Assembly: GCA_958296135.2 (NCBI GenBank)
Contig: CATQHZ020000001.1
Span: 3,456,001 to 3,520,000 of the forward strand
Direction of reading: 5' to 3'
Source of the DNA: an uncultured Poribacteria bacterium
GTDB lineage: Bacteria; Poribacteria; WGA-4E; WGA-3G
DNA length: 64,000 bases
The notes beneath the pieces were generated by a model. It was given only the letters and a program-made list of their open reading frames with translations, did not search any database and was not told where the DNA came from. The position numbers and the translations under genes are program-made. Shown piece by piece: positions 51,218 to 61,273 of the stretch (the first letter of the stretch is position 1; every line of letters begins with the position of its first letter).

Positions 51218-52858
51218 ATGGAACTGATAACTTTTCCGTGGCAAATGGTGATTTTGTGCGGTTTATCCCTCTGTGTGGGATGGGGGATCCGCGGCAATTT
51301 TGGGCATGAATACGGGGCGGCACTGCCTGGGGCTCTCGCCGCAATAGCAATTGTCCTTCTCTCCGGGCGCGAAGATTGGTGGCGATATGTCCACTATTTT
51401 GCGATGTTCGGTGCGATCGGCTGGTCCTTCGGCGGCAGCATGTCCTACATGCAGGTAGTCGGCTATACGCATTCGCCCCACTCGCCAACGGTGCTTTACG
51501 GCTTCGCGAATCTCTTCGTCATCGGTTTCTTATGGGCGGCACTCGGCGGCGCGGGGACAGCCCTGCCCGCGTTCCTCACCAGCGAACAGTTATCTCTCTT
51601 CTTCGTGCCGACGTGCGCGGTTTTTATCGCCTGGTCTGTCCAGGCTATTGTGATTGACTACCTTTCATCCCCAAAAACCGACAGATCTGGAAATCCATCC
51701 TTACATGCCAGACGGATGCAACGACACGAGAGCCCCCTCTATTGGTATGATACCGATTGGGTAGCTGCCCTCGGTGCGATAGTTGCCGCGCTGATTGTCG
51801 CGTTTTTCCGGGGCGGCTTGGATATGGGAATCTCACTCGTTCTCTATATGAGTATCGGTTGGTTCGCAGCGTTCCTGCTCCTGGTCAACGTCTTTAGGCT
51901 GCGCATGACTCCGCCGCGTGGTGATAATTGGGCAGGGTGCATCGGGCTTGTTATCGGCGTATTAGCATACTGCTGGCGGTATCAACTCGGCGGCGTTGCT
52001 TTCGCCACCTTGATGACAGGCTTCGCCGGTGGCATTGCGTTTTCGTTCGGGCAATTGCTGAAACTGCTCTGTATCCGAACAGGCCTCCAAACGAATTGGC
52101 ACAGCGTCATGGAACAAACGCAAGGGTTCCTTTTCGGCATAGGTATCGCCGTGACGTTCTGCCTGCTGCGCACTCGCGCGCCAGAGTTGGAAGTTGCGCC
52201 GAATGTACCGCAATGGATGGAAATCACCGCAGTCTTCTTCGTACTCATCGCTTTGACATATCTAAACTACCGCAAGGCAACGACGACATGGGTTGAACAA
52301 GTATCGCCGTTGCCGGAACGGTTTTTCGGCTTGCCTGTGGCGGGCTGGTTTCGGCATTCACGCGGCTGGATAGGATGGTTTGAAATTTTCTATATCGGGC
52401 TCGGCGCTGCCTGCATCGGGCTCTTGTCAATTCATCTCCGCGAACCTCTCGCCTTCATTCCGACAAGTTGGCTTGGGAAAGGACAACTCCTCTACTTCGT
52501 CTTTTTGTGGTGGATGGTGATTTTCAATTTTGAGCGCGCGCTCGTGGGATTTAGTCCGCATCGGTTAGTGACAGAAGGCACAATTACCCTCAACGCGATT
52601 ATCTGCACCGTGCTAATGGCACTCGGCGCACTAGTAATTCCAAAACAGACAAGCAGTCTCTTCTCATTTACCGAGTGGCTCTGGAAAACGTCACTTTGGG
52701 GAACCGCGGTGATGATAGGCAGTACGTTGGTGTTTTGGGGTATCAAACACGCGCTCTACGGGAAGGAACATGCCCCAGGTGCATCGCTGCACATCCGTTT
52801 CGGGAAAGACTCTAACGCACCGAAGGAGAAACCGAAAGCAGGGCAGCCACACCCTTAA
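51218..52858 (+). CDS. Polytopic membrane protein of unknown function
   Basis: More than 12 hydrophobic segments; GWGIRGNFGHEYGA and FGGSMSY; GGAGG RBS. Confidence 0.85.
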   Translation: MELITFPWQMVILCGLSLCVGWGIRGNFGHEYGAALPGALAAIAIVLLSGREDWWRYVHYFAMFGAIGWSFGGSMSYMQVVGYTHSPHSPTVLYGFANLFVIGFLWAALGGAGTALPAFLTSEQLSLFFVPTCAVFIAWSVQAIVIDYLSSPKTDRSGNPSLHARRMQRHESPLYWYDTDWVAALGAIVAALIVAFFRGGLDMGISLVLYMSIGWFAAFLLLVNVFRLRMTPPRGDNWAGCIGLVIGVLAYCWRYQLGGVAFATLMTGFAGGIAFSFGQLLKLLCIRTGLQTNWHSVMEQTQGFLFGIGIAVTFCLLRTRAPELEVAPNVPQWMEITAVFFVLIALTYLNYRKATTTWVEQVSPLPERFFGLPVAGWFRHSRGWIGWFEIFYIGLGAACIGLLSIHLREPLAFIPTSWLGKGQLLYFVFLWWMVIFNFERALVGFSPHRLVTEGTITLNAIICTVLMALGALVIPKQTSSLFSFTEWLWKTSLWGTAVMIGSTLVFWGIKHALYGKEHAPGASLHIRFGKDSNAPKEKPKAGQPHP

Positions 52859-52874
52859 TACGATTTTTTATAGG

Positions 52875-52903
52875 TTGACATACGTTTGGAATTGTGGTAT
52901 TCT
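52875..52903 (+). promoter_or_regulatory. sigma70-like promoter
   Basis: TTGACA-N17-TATTCT with an extended -10 TG. Confidence 0.65.
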
Positions 52904-52936
52904 ACTGCTATCTATTTCAATAAAGGAGGATACCTC

Positions 52937-53230
52937 ATGACTAACGAAGAACTCATACTCAAAAAACTTGAGGAAATGGCTTCTGAGATTAAGGAAGTCC
53001 GATCGGAAGTCTATTCCGAGTTCAGGAAGGTCCGCGAAGACAGTGCTGAAATGAAGGTGAACCAAGCCAAACTTGAAGGCAACTTGAACACCTTGGTGGC
53101 GAAGTTCGAGGACTACATCGCCGATGTGCGCGAACGAAAAACCGATACCAACGAGCGGTGGAAAATCGCCGGCATCATCGCATCCGGATGCCTCGCGCTT
53201 GTATCGTTGTTCCTCTCGATCTTCAAATAA
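52937..53230 (+). CDS. Small coiled-coil protein with C-terminal TM anchor
   Basis: AAAGGAGG RBS; heptad-rich charged body ending WKIAGIIASGCLALVSLFLSIFK. Confidence 0.8.
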   Translation: MTNEELILKKLEEMASEIKEVRSEVYSEFRKVREDSAEMKVNQAKLEGNLNTLVAKFEDYIADVRERKTDTNERWKIAGIIASGCLALVSLFLSIFK

Positions 53231-53240
53231 CCTGCCGTGG

Positions 53241-53272
53241 CAGCCGCGAGGGTAAAGCCTCGCGGCTGTTTC
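53241..53272 (+). terminator. Probable intrinsic terminator between convergent genes
   Basis: CAGCCGCGAGG-N6-CCTCGCGGCTG followed by TTTC. Confidence 0.65.
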
Positions 53273-53293
53273 ATTGTTTCCATCTCCAAACCC

Positions 53294-54448
53294 TTAACTG
53301 CCTTCTCGCTTCTGCCGATAAACCTGGCCGCTTTTGACGACAACAATCGGCTCCAGCTTCTGTTTGCCAATGCGGACTTGACCGCGGGCATCCATCAACT
53401 CAAACGCGCCTTCGCGCAGTTCAAAAACCACTGCATCCCCCCACGCGCCAACAGCCAGCGTGCCGACTTGCCCCGGCAGCAATATCGTGTCCGCTGGCAC
53501 ACTTGTCACTTTTTCCAACGCCGCGTCAACCGACATACCGAGGTACAGAAATTTGTTGACGACATTCACCAGGTCATAGACTGGCCCCTCCACGTTGTAG
53601 ACGTGCAAGTCCGAGGAGATTGTCGTCGGTTCAACGCCTTGCGCCATTGCCTTGTCCACGACATCCCAACTGAAAGAGCCCGCGCCGTGCCCAACGTCAA
53701 AGATAACGCCGCGTTCAAGGGCTGCATGCACAGCGTCGCGGACTTTGCCGTTTTCATCCAAGATACCGCAGGGCATATCGTGAAAACAGTGCGTGAGAAT
53801 ATCGCGTTTGCCCATTACCGCTAAGATGTCGTCAATGGATTGACACCATGCGTCTTGCGGATGAACCATCAACGGTAGCCCCGCCGCATCGGCGGCTTCC
53901 CGCGCCCGGTGCAAGGGTAACATGCCGGCTCTCGCGCCGACGATGCTCTCCCGTGTCAAACGCACTTTGACACCCAGGATAATATCGCGATGCGCTTCTA
54001 TCATTCGGCACGCCTTGCCGACATCCGCGTAATCCGGGTTCTCCAATTCGCCGATCTCCTGCGTCAGCATGCCTTGCGAAGAGATGTTCAGTTGCGCGAG
54101 AACCCGCGTGCCGCTCACATCAATGACGTATTTGCGGAAGCCAGGGAACGTATCCGCACCTGCCGAGCCGGCATCAACGACTGTCGTCGCGCCGCGCGCC
54201 AAACAGGTAGAGTCGGGTTCAATCCCAAAATGGCTGACTCCGTAGAAAACATGCACGTGCAAATCGATGAGCCCCGGCGTGACGAGGCATCCGTCTGCGT
54301 CAAGCACCTCACGCGCTTCGGAGGCAGGAATGTCGTCGCTAACCGCGGCGACGTGGCCGCTAGCAAATCCCACATCCTTGCGCGCGTGGATACCCTGCGC
54401 GGCATCGATGAGCATCCCGTTTTTGATGAGCAGTTCATAATTGCGCAT
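53294..54448 (-). CDS. Amidohydrolase/deacetylase (dihydroorotase-like) metallohydrolase
   Basis: PGLIDLHVH, TTVVDAGSAG, GVKVR, DVGHGAGSF and ISSDLH. Confidence 0.9.
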   Translation of the reverse strand: MRNYELLIKNGMLIDAAQGIHARKDVGFASGHVAAVSDDIPASEAREVLDADGCLVTPGLIDLHVHVFYGVSHFGIEPDSTCLARGATTVVDAGSAGADTFPGFRKYVIDVSGTRVLAQLNISSQGMLTQEIGELENPDYADVGKACRMIEAHRDIILGVKVRLTRESIVGARAGMLPLHRAREAADAAGLPLMVHPQDAWCQSIDDILAVMGKRDILTHCFHDMPCGILDENGKVRDAVHAALERGVIFDVGHGAGSFSWDVVDKAMAQGVEPTTISSDLHVYNVEGPVYDLVNVVNKFLYLGMSVDAALEKVTSVPADTILLPGQVGTLAVGAWGDAVVFELREGAFELMDARGQVRIGKQKLEPIVVVKSGQVYRQKREGS

Positions 54449-54466
54449 GTTGATTTCACCTTAACC

Positions 54467-55972
54467 TTAATGCGTGCTTCCGCTATGCGTCACCGGACAC
54501 CACCGGGACATGAGCAGATAATCAAACAATGCCGATTCCGCTGCCGGCGTGCCGATGCGTTTCAATGCAAGGACAGAGTTGTCCCGCACATACCGATTGC
54601 CATCGCGCAAGGCATCTGCCAATACGGGGATTGCGTCGCTTGAAGAGGGACCGAGCTGTGCCAACGCCAATGCCGCGTCAAACCGCACCTGCTCATCGTC
54701 ATCGGAGGCAAGCATCTCAGTTAACACTGGCACAGCCTCGGCAGCAGCTGGGCCTATACTTCCGAACGCGTCAACGCTATTGCGACGCACCTCAACGACG
54801 TTGTCCCTCGCGCATTCCATGAGTGCGCGGACAGCTTTGTGCGCCGAGCCACCAATCTGTGCTAGCGCATAGGCTGCCTCAACTCGCACCGTGTCTTCTG
54901 CATGGCCTAACGCTTCGCTCAACGCAGGCACGGCAGGCTCACCTACTGCCCCCAATGCATACGCCGCCATCCGTCGCGTCTGCTCGTTTTCAGCACCGAG
55001 CGTCTCTATCAATTTCGGCACGGCAGGTTCGCCGATGGCACCTAACGCGTAAGCGGCGTTTAAACGCACCGGTTCATAAGTATCATGCAACGCCGAGATG
55101 AGCAGCGGGACTGCCTCTGCAGCCGATTCTTCCAACAATCCTAGTTCGTCCGCTGCGCGCAAACGCACTGCCGGATTCTCATCGCGCAATGCTGCGACGT
55201 GAGCCGCAAGGTTCCCGTTGGCAGTGGCAGAAAATTGCCCATTTTTCTCTCCTGCCATCCAATTCCAAACGTGCCGCCACGTTCCCTCGTGCGTCAACGA
55301 TGCAGCGTCACCGTGCTCATGAAGTTCCACCGTATCCCAACGCGGATTCTTCACGTTCCACTCAGGGCCTGTGGGCTCGTCCATTCGGATGAACTGAAAC
55401 TTCATCATATACCGCGTTTTGTCGGTGCGGTTCGCCATGGCGCGGTGCCACAGATCGAAGTGAATCAGCGTCACCGTGCCTGCCTCACCACTCATCGGCA
55501 ATTCACCCTCGTTATTTTCCGTGGCGCGAGTGTTGTAATACTGCGTGCCGGGCAGAATCGCCGACGGGCCGATTGCCTCTGGCGCATCCTGCGGATAGTA
55601 AAACGCCATCGCCCAGCGCGGACAGTGGTGCCGCACCTTGTGGTAACCCCAATAACTATCCTTGTGAAATCCCTGCCCATCGCTGTGCGGACGGTTCTGA
55701 TGCGGATGCCGATGCGAATGCATGACGTAATTCTCGCCGAGAATGCTCGTCAGTGCACCGCGCACGGCAGGCTCCTCAAAAACCGCTTGCAACTCAGGGA
55801 CGCGCGGCAAAATGTTATTGCCCAAATTCCCCTCTTTGGCAGTCAACTCCTGCGTTTTGCGATAGATAGTCTCGTGAAAACCGCGCGATAACTCTGCCTT
55901 CACCGTAACATAACCGTTGACGATGAAATCGCGCATCTGTGCGTCTGTGAAAAGATGTGAATTGGCCTGCAT
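54467..55972 (-). CDS. Phytanoyl-CoA dioxygenase (PhyH) domain fused to HEAT repeats
   Basis: FHKD and LWHRA 2OG-Fe(II) motifs; C-terminal VRLNAAYALGAIG repeats. Confidence 0.88.
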   Translation of the reverse strand: MQANSHLFTDAQMRDFIVNGYVTVKAELSRGFHETIYRKTQELTAKEGNLGNNILPRVPELQAVFEEPAVRGALTSILGENYVMHSHRHPHQNRPHSDGQGFHKDSYWGYHKVRHHCPRWAMAFYYPQDAPEAIGPSAILPGTQYYNTRATENNEGELPMSGEAGTVTLIHFDLWHRAMANRTDKTRYMMKFQFIRMDEPTGPEWNVKNPRWDTVELHEHGDAASLTHEGTWRHVWNWMAGEKNGQFSATANGNLAAHVAALRDENPAVRLRAADELGLLEESAAEAVPLLISALHDTYEPVRLNAAYALGAIGEPAVPKLIETLGAENEQTRRMAAYALGAVGEPAVPALSEALGHAEDTVRVEAAYALAQIGGSAHKAVRALMECARDNVVEVRRNSVDAFGSIGPAAAEAVPVLTEMLASDDDEQVRFDAALALAQLGPSSSDAIPVLADALRDGNRYVRDNSVLALKRIGTPAAESALFDYLLMSRWCPVTHSGSTH

Positions 55973-56135
55973 GATGGAATCTCCTTTTCTCGAACTCCGC
56001 TCCTATCCATAATCAAAATGGGTGGAATTCAACCATTCACTATTTTACTTGACTTTAACTTAATTGTCATGTATTTTTTTAATATCAGATTTTTCTCTAT
56101 TTTGAACGCACCTTCCGAGGAGAATACGTCAAAAA

Positions 56136-56927
56136 ATGGAAAGCCTAACGCCACTTCAGAAACAGCAATAGCAGGAGCAGGGATACCTCGTTTTGGAAGA
56201 GGTGCTCGCCGCCGAGGAAGTTCAAGCACTCACCGAAACGGTAGATAAACTGGACGCGGAATTCCGACAAGGTGAGAATATCAACGCCGACACGGTTTTT
56301 GACAAACGCAATGTCATGGAAGACAACGATATTTTCGTCGCGCTGATAACTCATCCCATCACCTTCCCAATAGTGCTTGAGCTGCTGGGGCCCTATATCC
56401 AACTGAGCATGTCCGAAGTCATCGTGCGCCCGCCGAACCCGAAGGATAAAGGTTATCTGCACACCGACGGGGGCCAAGCAATGCAAGGCATCCGCGTCAG
56501 TGAGACGAGTTGGCCGCTCCAACTCAAGATTCACTATTTCTTGACAGACCTGGGTAACCCGGACAGCGGAAATTTCACCGTTGTGCCAGGGAGCCACAAT
56601 CGCCCGTTTCCAGAGGAAGGCATCCCAGATGGCCCCTACATCCCCGAGGCGGTGCAATTGTGCGTCAAAGCCGGAGATGCCGCGGTCTTCCCACATGCGT
56701 TATGGCATGGTGTCGTGGGAAATAAATCGGCACAGCCGCGCAAAACGCTCATCTACTGCTATAGTCACCACTGCTTCCGGCCGTTTGACTACGAAAAAGC
56801 ATCGCCAGAACTTTTAGCGCGCTGCACACCGCGCCAACGCCGATTAATCGGAGATATCGGCACCTGGAAACCGGGAGCCTATTTCTATTCACCGGCAGAC
56901 CAGGCGGAGTTAATCTGCGGAGAGTGA
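56136..56927 (+). pseudogene. PhyH family dioxygenase interrupted by an in-frame TAG at codon 12
   Basis: ATG 56136 gives MESLTPLQKQQ*QEQGYLVLEEVL. The rest of the frame has intact LHTD and LWHG motifs. Confidence 0.7.
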
Positions 56928-57042
56928 TTTTCAACTGCATCCATCACAGTCGGCAGAGGAGAGCGCGAGGGCCTGTCCCTCGCGGCGCACCAGCTCAGGC
57001 GAACGAGAAAACGAAATGGCCCTGAAACACCCCAAAAAGTTG

Positions 57043-57071
57043 TTGACAAAAAACGGGGCTTATCGTAAAAT
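57043..57071 (+). promoter_or_regulatory. sigma70-like promoter
   Basis: TTGACA-N17-TAAAAT. Confidence 0.65.
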
Positions 57072-57112
57072 CTATGGAAATTGGCGAGGTGATGGCCAAA
57101 GGATAACTTACA

Positions 57113-59029
57113 TTGATTCAACAACGCACCCCTACCAGCCTTTCCGCGCGAGCCGTGATTATCGGGCTCGTCTGCGCAACAACCGAATGCCTGCTCGCGC
57201 CCTATAACGATTACGTCATCCGCAACATCTTCCTCGCTGGCGGACATTTTCCGGTCGCGCCCTTCTTTGTGCTAACCGTTTTCGTACTCGGTATCAACGT
57301 CGTCTTAAAACAGGTGCACCCGAATTCCGCGCTGTCGCCCGGCGAACTCGTCACGATTTGGTGTATCATGCTCGCACCGGCTGGCATCCCGTCTTCCGGC
57401 ATGATGCGCTACGCCCTCAGCCCGATGGTAGCTTACCAATATCTCGCAACCCCGGAGAATGACTGGGAGGCACTCTTCTCTCATTACATTCCGCAGTGGC
57501 GTATCGTGCAAAATCCGACAGCGGCGCGCTCCTTCTATGAGGGATTGTTCGCCGGTGAATCCGTGCCGTGGGGCGCGTGGATAACCCCTATCCTCATCTG
57601 GAGTGCCTACGTCCTCGTTATCTATTTCGTGATGATCTGCCTCTCGGTGCTTCTCCGCAAGCAGTGGGTGGAATATGAACGCTGCGCTTTTCCACTCGTC
57701 AAACTGCCGGTAGAAATGGCAGCGCAAGGCACCGGCAGACTCGGCCCAGTTTTTAAGAACAGCGCGCTCTGGTTCGGATTCGCGTTCCCAGTATTCCTGC
57801 ACACTATGAACGGACTCCACACGTTCTTCCCCTCCATGCCGCACGTCCCACGCGATTTTTGGCTGAACCCCTACCTCTCCGAAAGACCTTGGAGCGCGCT
57901 CCGCCCATTCCAAATCGTCATCTTCTGGTCGATGGTAGGATTTAGCTACCTGCTGACCTTGGAGGTATCGTTTAGCATCTGGTTCTTCTTCGTCTTTTAC
58001 AAACTCCAATGCCTCACCGGCGCGATACTCGGATTTCAACTCAGTTCAGGACCGGGCGTTCAGTGGACAGGAAAGTCCTTTAGCGCAGCGCAGGAGGCAG
58101 GCGCATGCCTCGCGTTTGTCGCCATCGCGCTGTGGAAAACGCGACCCCACATTAAAAACATGCTCCGATTCCGACCATCCGATGAAGCACTGCCGCACAG
58201 CGTCACCATCATCGGACTCCTCCTCGGCATTTGCGTCCTCGCTTTTTTCAATACTATGATGGGGATGTCACTTGTCTTCGCATTCGGGTTTGTGCTGTTC
58301 CTGCTAGCGATGTATGTCGTGCTGACGTGGCAGGTGATTAACGGCGGCATCCCCTTCATTAATCCATCCTTCTCGCCGCAGAGCTTCTTCCTCACCACAC
58401 TCGGTACCTCAAGAATTCATCCTTCAACGGTAACCTCGCTCATGATGCACCCAGTCTGCCTCACGCTCGATCTACGTGAATTCATGATGCCGAATATCAT
58501 GAACGGGCTGAAAGCGGCGGACGATGCGCGCATCAAACGGCGACAACTGCTCATCGCCATGGCCGCTGCGATGGTTATCGGGCTCGCTGTCTCCTATTAC
58601 TCGGCGATAAAAATCAGTTACGCCCACGGCGCACCCTATACCGGCGGCAGCTGGTTCATGCGGCAGCTAGAAGGGCTCCTCACGAGTCCAAAAACAAGCA
58701 CGAACTGGACTAACACCGGGTTTATCTTTTTAGGAAGCGGTTTTACGCTGTGGCTGATGTGGATGCGCCAGACCTTCGTGTGGTGGCCCCTCCATCCTCT
58801 CGGCTATACGATGCTGAGCTCGTGGGCAACGTTTAAGTTGTGGTTTTCAATCTTTTTAGGGTGGGGATTGAAGTTTACCATCGTCAAATACGGCGGACTG
58901 AAGGCATACCGTCAAGCGCGCCCCGTCTTTCTCGGCTTAGTCATCGGGGAGATGGTGTGCGCCGGGCTCTGGGCAATCATCGGGATGGTTACGGGGATTA
59001 GCACGGGATATCGCATCCTGCCGGATTAA
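57113..59029 (+). CDS. Polytopic membrane protein (DUF6785/DUF6784-like putative transporter)
   Basis: RKQWVEYER..FPL, WWPLHPLGY and KYGG...YR...PVFLGLVIGE; many TM helices; TTG start. Confidence 0.8.
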   Translation: MIQQRTPTSLSARAVIIGLVCATTECLLAPYNDYVIRNIFLAGGHFPVAPFFVLTVFVLGINVVLKQVHPNSALSPGELVTIWCIMLAPAGIPSSGMMRYALSPMVAYQYLATPENDWEALFSHYIPQWRIVQNPTAARSFYEGLFAGESVPWGAWITPILIWSAYVLVIYFVMICLSVLLRKQWVEYERCAFPLVKLPVEMAAQGTGRLGPVFKNSALWFGFAFPVFLHTMNGLHTFFPSMPHVPRDFWLNPYLSERPWSALRPFQIVIFWSMVGFSYLLTLEVSFSIWFFFVFYKLQCLTGAILGFQLSSGPGVQWTGKSFSAAQEAGACLAFVAIALWKTRPHIKNMLRFRPSDEALPHSVTIIGLLLGICVLAFFNTMMGMSLVFAFGFVLFLLAMYVVLTWQVINGGIPFINPSFSPQSFFLTTLGTSRIHPSTVTSLMMHPVCLTLDLREFMMPNIMNGLKAADDARIKRRQLLIAMAAAMVIGLAVSYYSAIKISYAHGAPYTGGSWFMRQLEGLLTSPKTSTNWTNTGFIFLGSGFTLWLMWMRQTFVWWPLHPLGYTMLSSWATFKLWFSIFLGWGLKFTIVKYGGLKAYRQARPVFLGLVIGEMVCAGLWAIIGMVTGISTGYRILPD

Positions 59030-59061
59030 TGCAGCAAACGGACAGCTATAGAAATCCATCC

Positions 59062-59883
59062 TCACGCGGACAGAATGCGCTCCATCCGCTCTTGCACCTG
59101 CCCTTTCATCTCAGGGTGTGTGAAAATGTAGAAATCACCGTTCTGGATGGCGCGATAGACATGTGCCGCCACTTCTGCAGGCGACATTCCTGCCCCCATT
59201 TCGGCGCGGACATCCCGAGAATTGCCTGTCCGTGGAATATGTTGTGGCTGCGGTAACCCCTGGGGACGGTTCCGTTCTGAATCCAGAATACCGGTGCGCA
59301 CCCAGCCGGGGCACAGCACATGCACCTGAATCTTCGCACCTTTTTGTGCCAATTCAGCGGCGAGGGTTTCGGAAAGCACGACTACGCCGTGTTTGCTGAC
59401 TTTATAGATGCCTTCGCCTGCACCGCCGATTAACCCCAAAATCGAGGCGGTGTTAACGATATGACATTCAGTCTCTTGCGCAAGCATGCGCGGAACGAAC
59501 GCGCGGATACCGTGAATTACGCCCCACAGGTTCACGCCCAGCACCCAGTCCCAATCGGCGAGGGAATGCTCCCACACCGGGCGGCTGCAAACGACACCGG
59601 CGTTGTTGCACAGAATATGCACCGCGCCGAAAGCCTCCAATGTTTGCTGTGCAAGGTTTTCGACATCAGCCGCGTTTGAGACATCCGTTCTGACAGCAAT
59701 AACTGAGGCTCCAGCAGACTTGAGAGAAGCCGTCACTGCTGCCAACGGTCCCTCTTCCACATCGGCGAGGACAACTCTCATGCTGTCGGCGGCGAATCGT
59801 TCCGCCATCGCCCGGCCGATGCCACTCGCGGCACCGGTGACGACAGCAACGTTCCCTTTCTTACAAACGGGTGTGTGATTCAT
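59062..59883 (-). CDS. SDR family oxidoreductase
   Basis: TGAASGIG, NNAGV and YKVSK. Confidence 0.92.
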   Translation of the reverse strand: MNHTPVCKKGNVAVVTGAASGIGRAMAERFAADSMRVVLADVEEGPLAAVTASLKSAGASVIAVRTDVSNAADVENLAQQTLEAFGAVHILCNNAGVVCSRPVWEHSLADWDWVLGVNLWGVIHGIRAFVPRMLAQETECHIVNTASILGLIGGAGEGIYKVSKHGVVVLSETLAAELAQKGAKIQVHVLCPGWVRTGILDSERNRPQGLPQPQHIPRTGNSRDVRAEMGAGMSPAEVAAHVYRAIQNGDFYIFTHPEMKGQVQERMERILSA

Positions 59884-60450
59884 TTATTCAAAAAATTTGG
59901 CGACTTCACAAGAGAAGCCTTCCACGACATTTTCGCCGGTCAGGGTATCTCCGCGCGTAAGCAGTTTGAAGTCTTCGTTCGACCGGTACACCGTTACCGT
60001 TTTCATGACTGATTCAACAATCCATACCATCTGTGTTCCTGCATCAAGATACACTTGGACCTTTTCCAAAACGTTCCACAGCGCATCTGTGGGAGAAATC
60101 ACTTCAACGGCAAGCTCGGGTGGTGCCGGTGAAGGATGCCTTCCTTCATCAGGCAGCCGGGCAGTGGAAAGAAACGCGACATCCGGTTTGAGGACGCGCT
60201 CACCGACTCGGAAACCGCCTTCAGCGACAACGCTGCCCAATTGATTCTCACGAACGTGCCGCTGCAAATACCAAGAAACGTTGCTACTGATTTTCGCGTG
60301 CTCCCACGATGGAGACGACATCGGCACTAATGCTCCTTTTACGTATTCGTAGCCCTCTAAATCACTCGCAAGAAATTCATCCAACGTCATCGTGATGTGT
60401 GCGGGAGGCGGCACCTCTGGCGCAAAGGGATACAACTCAGGGGAATTCAT
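59884..60450 (-). CDS. Uma2 family endonuclease
   Basis: YEYVKG.LV and PDVAF...PELAVEVISP. Confidence 0.88.
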   Translation of the reverse strand: MNSPELYPFAPEVPPPAHITMTLDEFLASDLEGYEYVKGALVPMSSPSWEHAKISSNVSWYLQRHVRENQLGSVVAEGGFRVGERVLKPDVAFLSTARLPDEGRHPSPAPPELAVEVISPTDALWNVLEKVQVYLDAGTQMVWIVESVMKTVTVYRSNEDFKLLTRGDTLTGENVVEGFSCEVAKFFE

Positions 60451-60491
60451 TCGCTCGGCCCTCCTTAGCCTTGCAGGACTGTTTTTTCACC

Positions 60492-60520
60492 ATTATACTC
60501 GAAAGTTCAACGCATGTCAA
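60492..60520 (-). promoter_or_regulatory. Consensus sigma70 promoter of the Uma2 copy at 60450
   Basis: TTGACA-N17-TATAAT. Confidence 0.75.
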
Positions 60521-60601
60521 CTGTCTTTTAATGTTTCTCTATCAAGACCGGGGGGCCCTGCTACCGGCGAAAACGAAATCGGCTTGCGGAATGAGACATA
60601 C

Positions 60602-61171
60602 CTATTCAAAAAGTTTGGCAACATCACAAGAAAAGCCTTCCACGACATTTTCTCCGGTGAGCGTATCCCCGTGCATGAGGAGGTTGAAGGGTTCATCGGC
60701 GCGATACACCGTCACGGTTTCTAACACCGGGTCGAGCACCCAAACCATCAACGTGCCAGCCTCAAGATAGGCTCGCACCTTCTCCGAAACGCGCGAGTGC
60801 ACATCTGTAGGGGAGACTACCTCAACCGCCAGATCTGGGGGCACAGGAGACGCTTTCTTTCTGTTTTCAGGCAGCCGCGCTGTTGAAACAAACGCGACAT
60901 CTGGCATCAGCACCCGTTCGCCGACTTGGAAACCCGTGTCTGATGTATAGACGCGCCCAAGTTGATTTTCATGGACATGCCGGTCCAAATACCGAACGAC
61001 GCAGATACCAATCTCACCGTGTTCTAGTGACGTAGGGGGCATTGGCACTAATTCTCCTTTCACGTATTCGTAGCCCTCTAAATCGCTGGCAAGAAATTCA
61101 TCCAACGTCATCGTGACAGATTCAGGAGGCGGCACTTCTTGCGCGAAGGGGTGCAGCTCAGGGGAATTCAT
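60602..61171 (-). CDS. Uma2 family endonuclease (tandem paralogue)
   Basis: YEYVKGELV and PDVAFV...PDLAVEVVSP. Confidence 0.88.
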   Translation of the reverse strand: MNSPELHPFAQEVPPPESVTMTLDEFLASDLEGYEYVKGELVPMPPTSLEHGEIGICVVRYLDRHVHENQLGRVYTSDTGFQVGERVLMPDVAFVSTARLPENRKKASPVPPDLAVEVVSPTDVHSRVSEKVRAYLEAGTLMVWVLDPVLETVTVYRADEPFNLLMHGDTLTGENVVEGFSCDVAKLFE

Positions 61172-61212
61172 TTTCTCCTCCCTCCTTAGCCTTGCAGGAC
61201 TGTTTTTTCACA

Positions 61213-61241
61213 ATTATACCCGAAAGTTCAACGCATGTCAA
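61213..61241 (-). promoter_or_regulatory. Consensus sigma70 promoter of the Uma2 copy at 61171
   Basis: TTGACA-N17-TATAAT, nearly identical to 60492-60520. Confidence 0.75.
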
Positions 61242-61273
61242 TATTTTTTTCGCTCAAGGCATGGCGAGGAACA

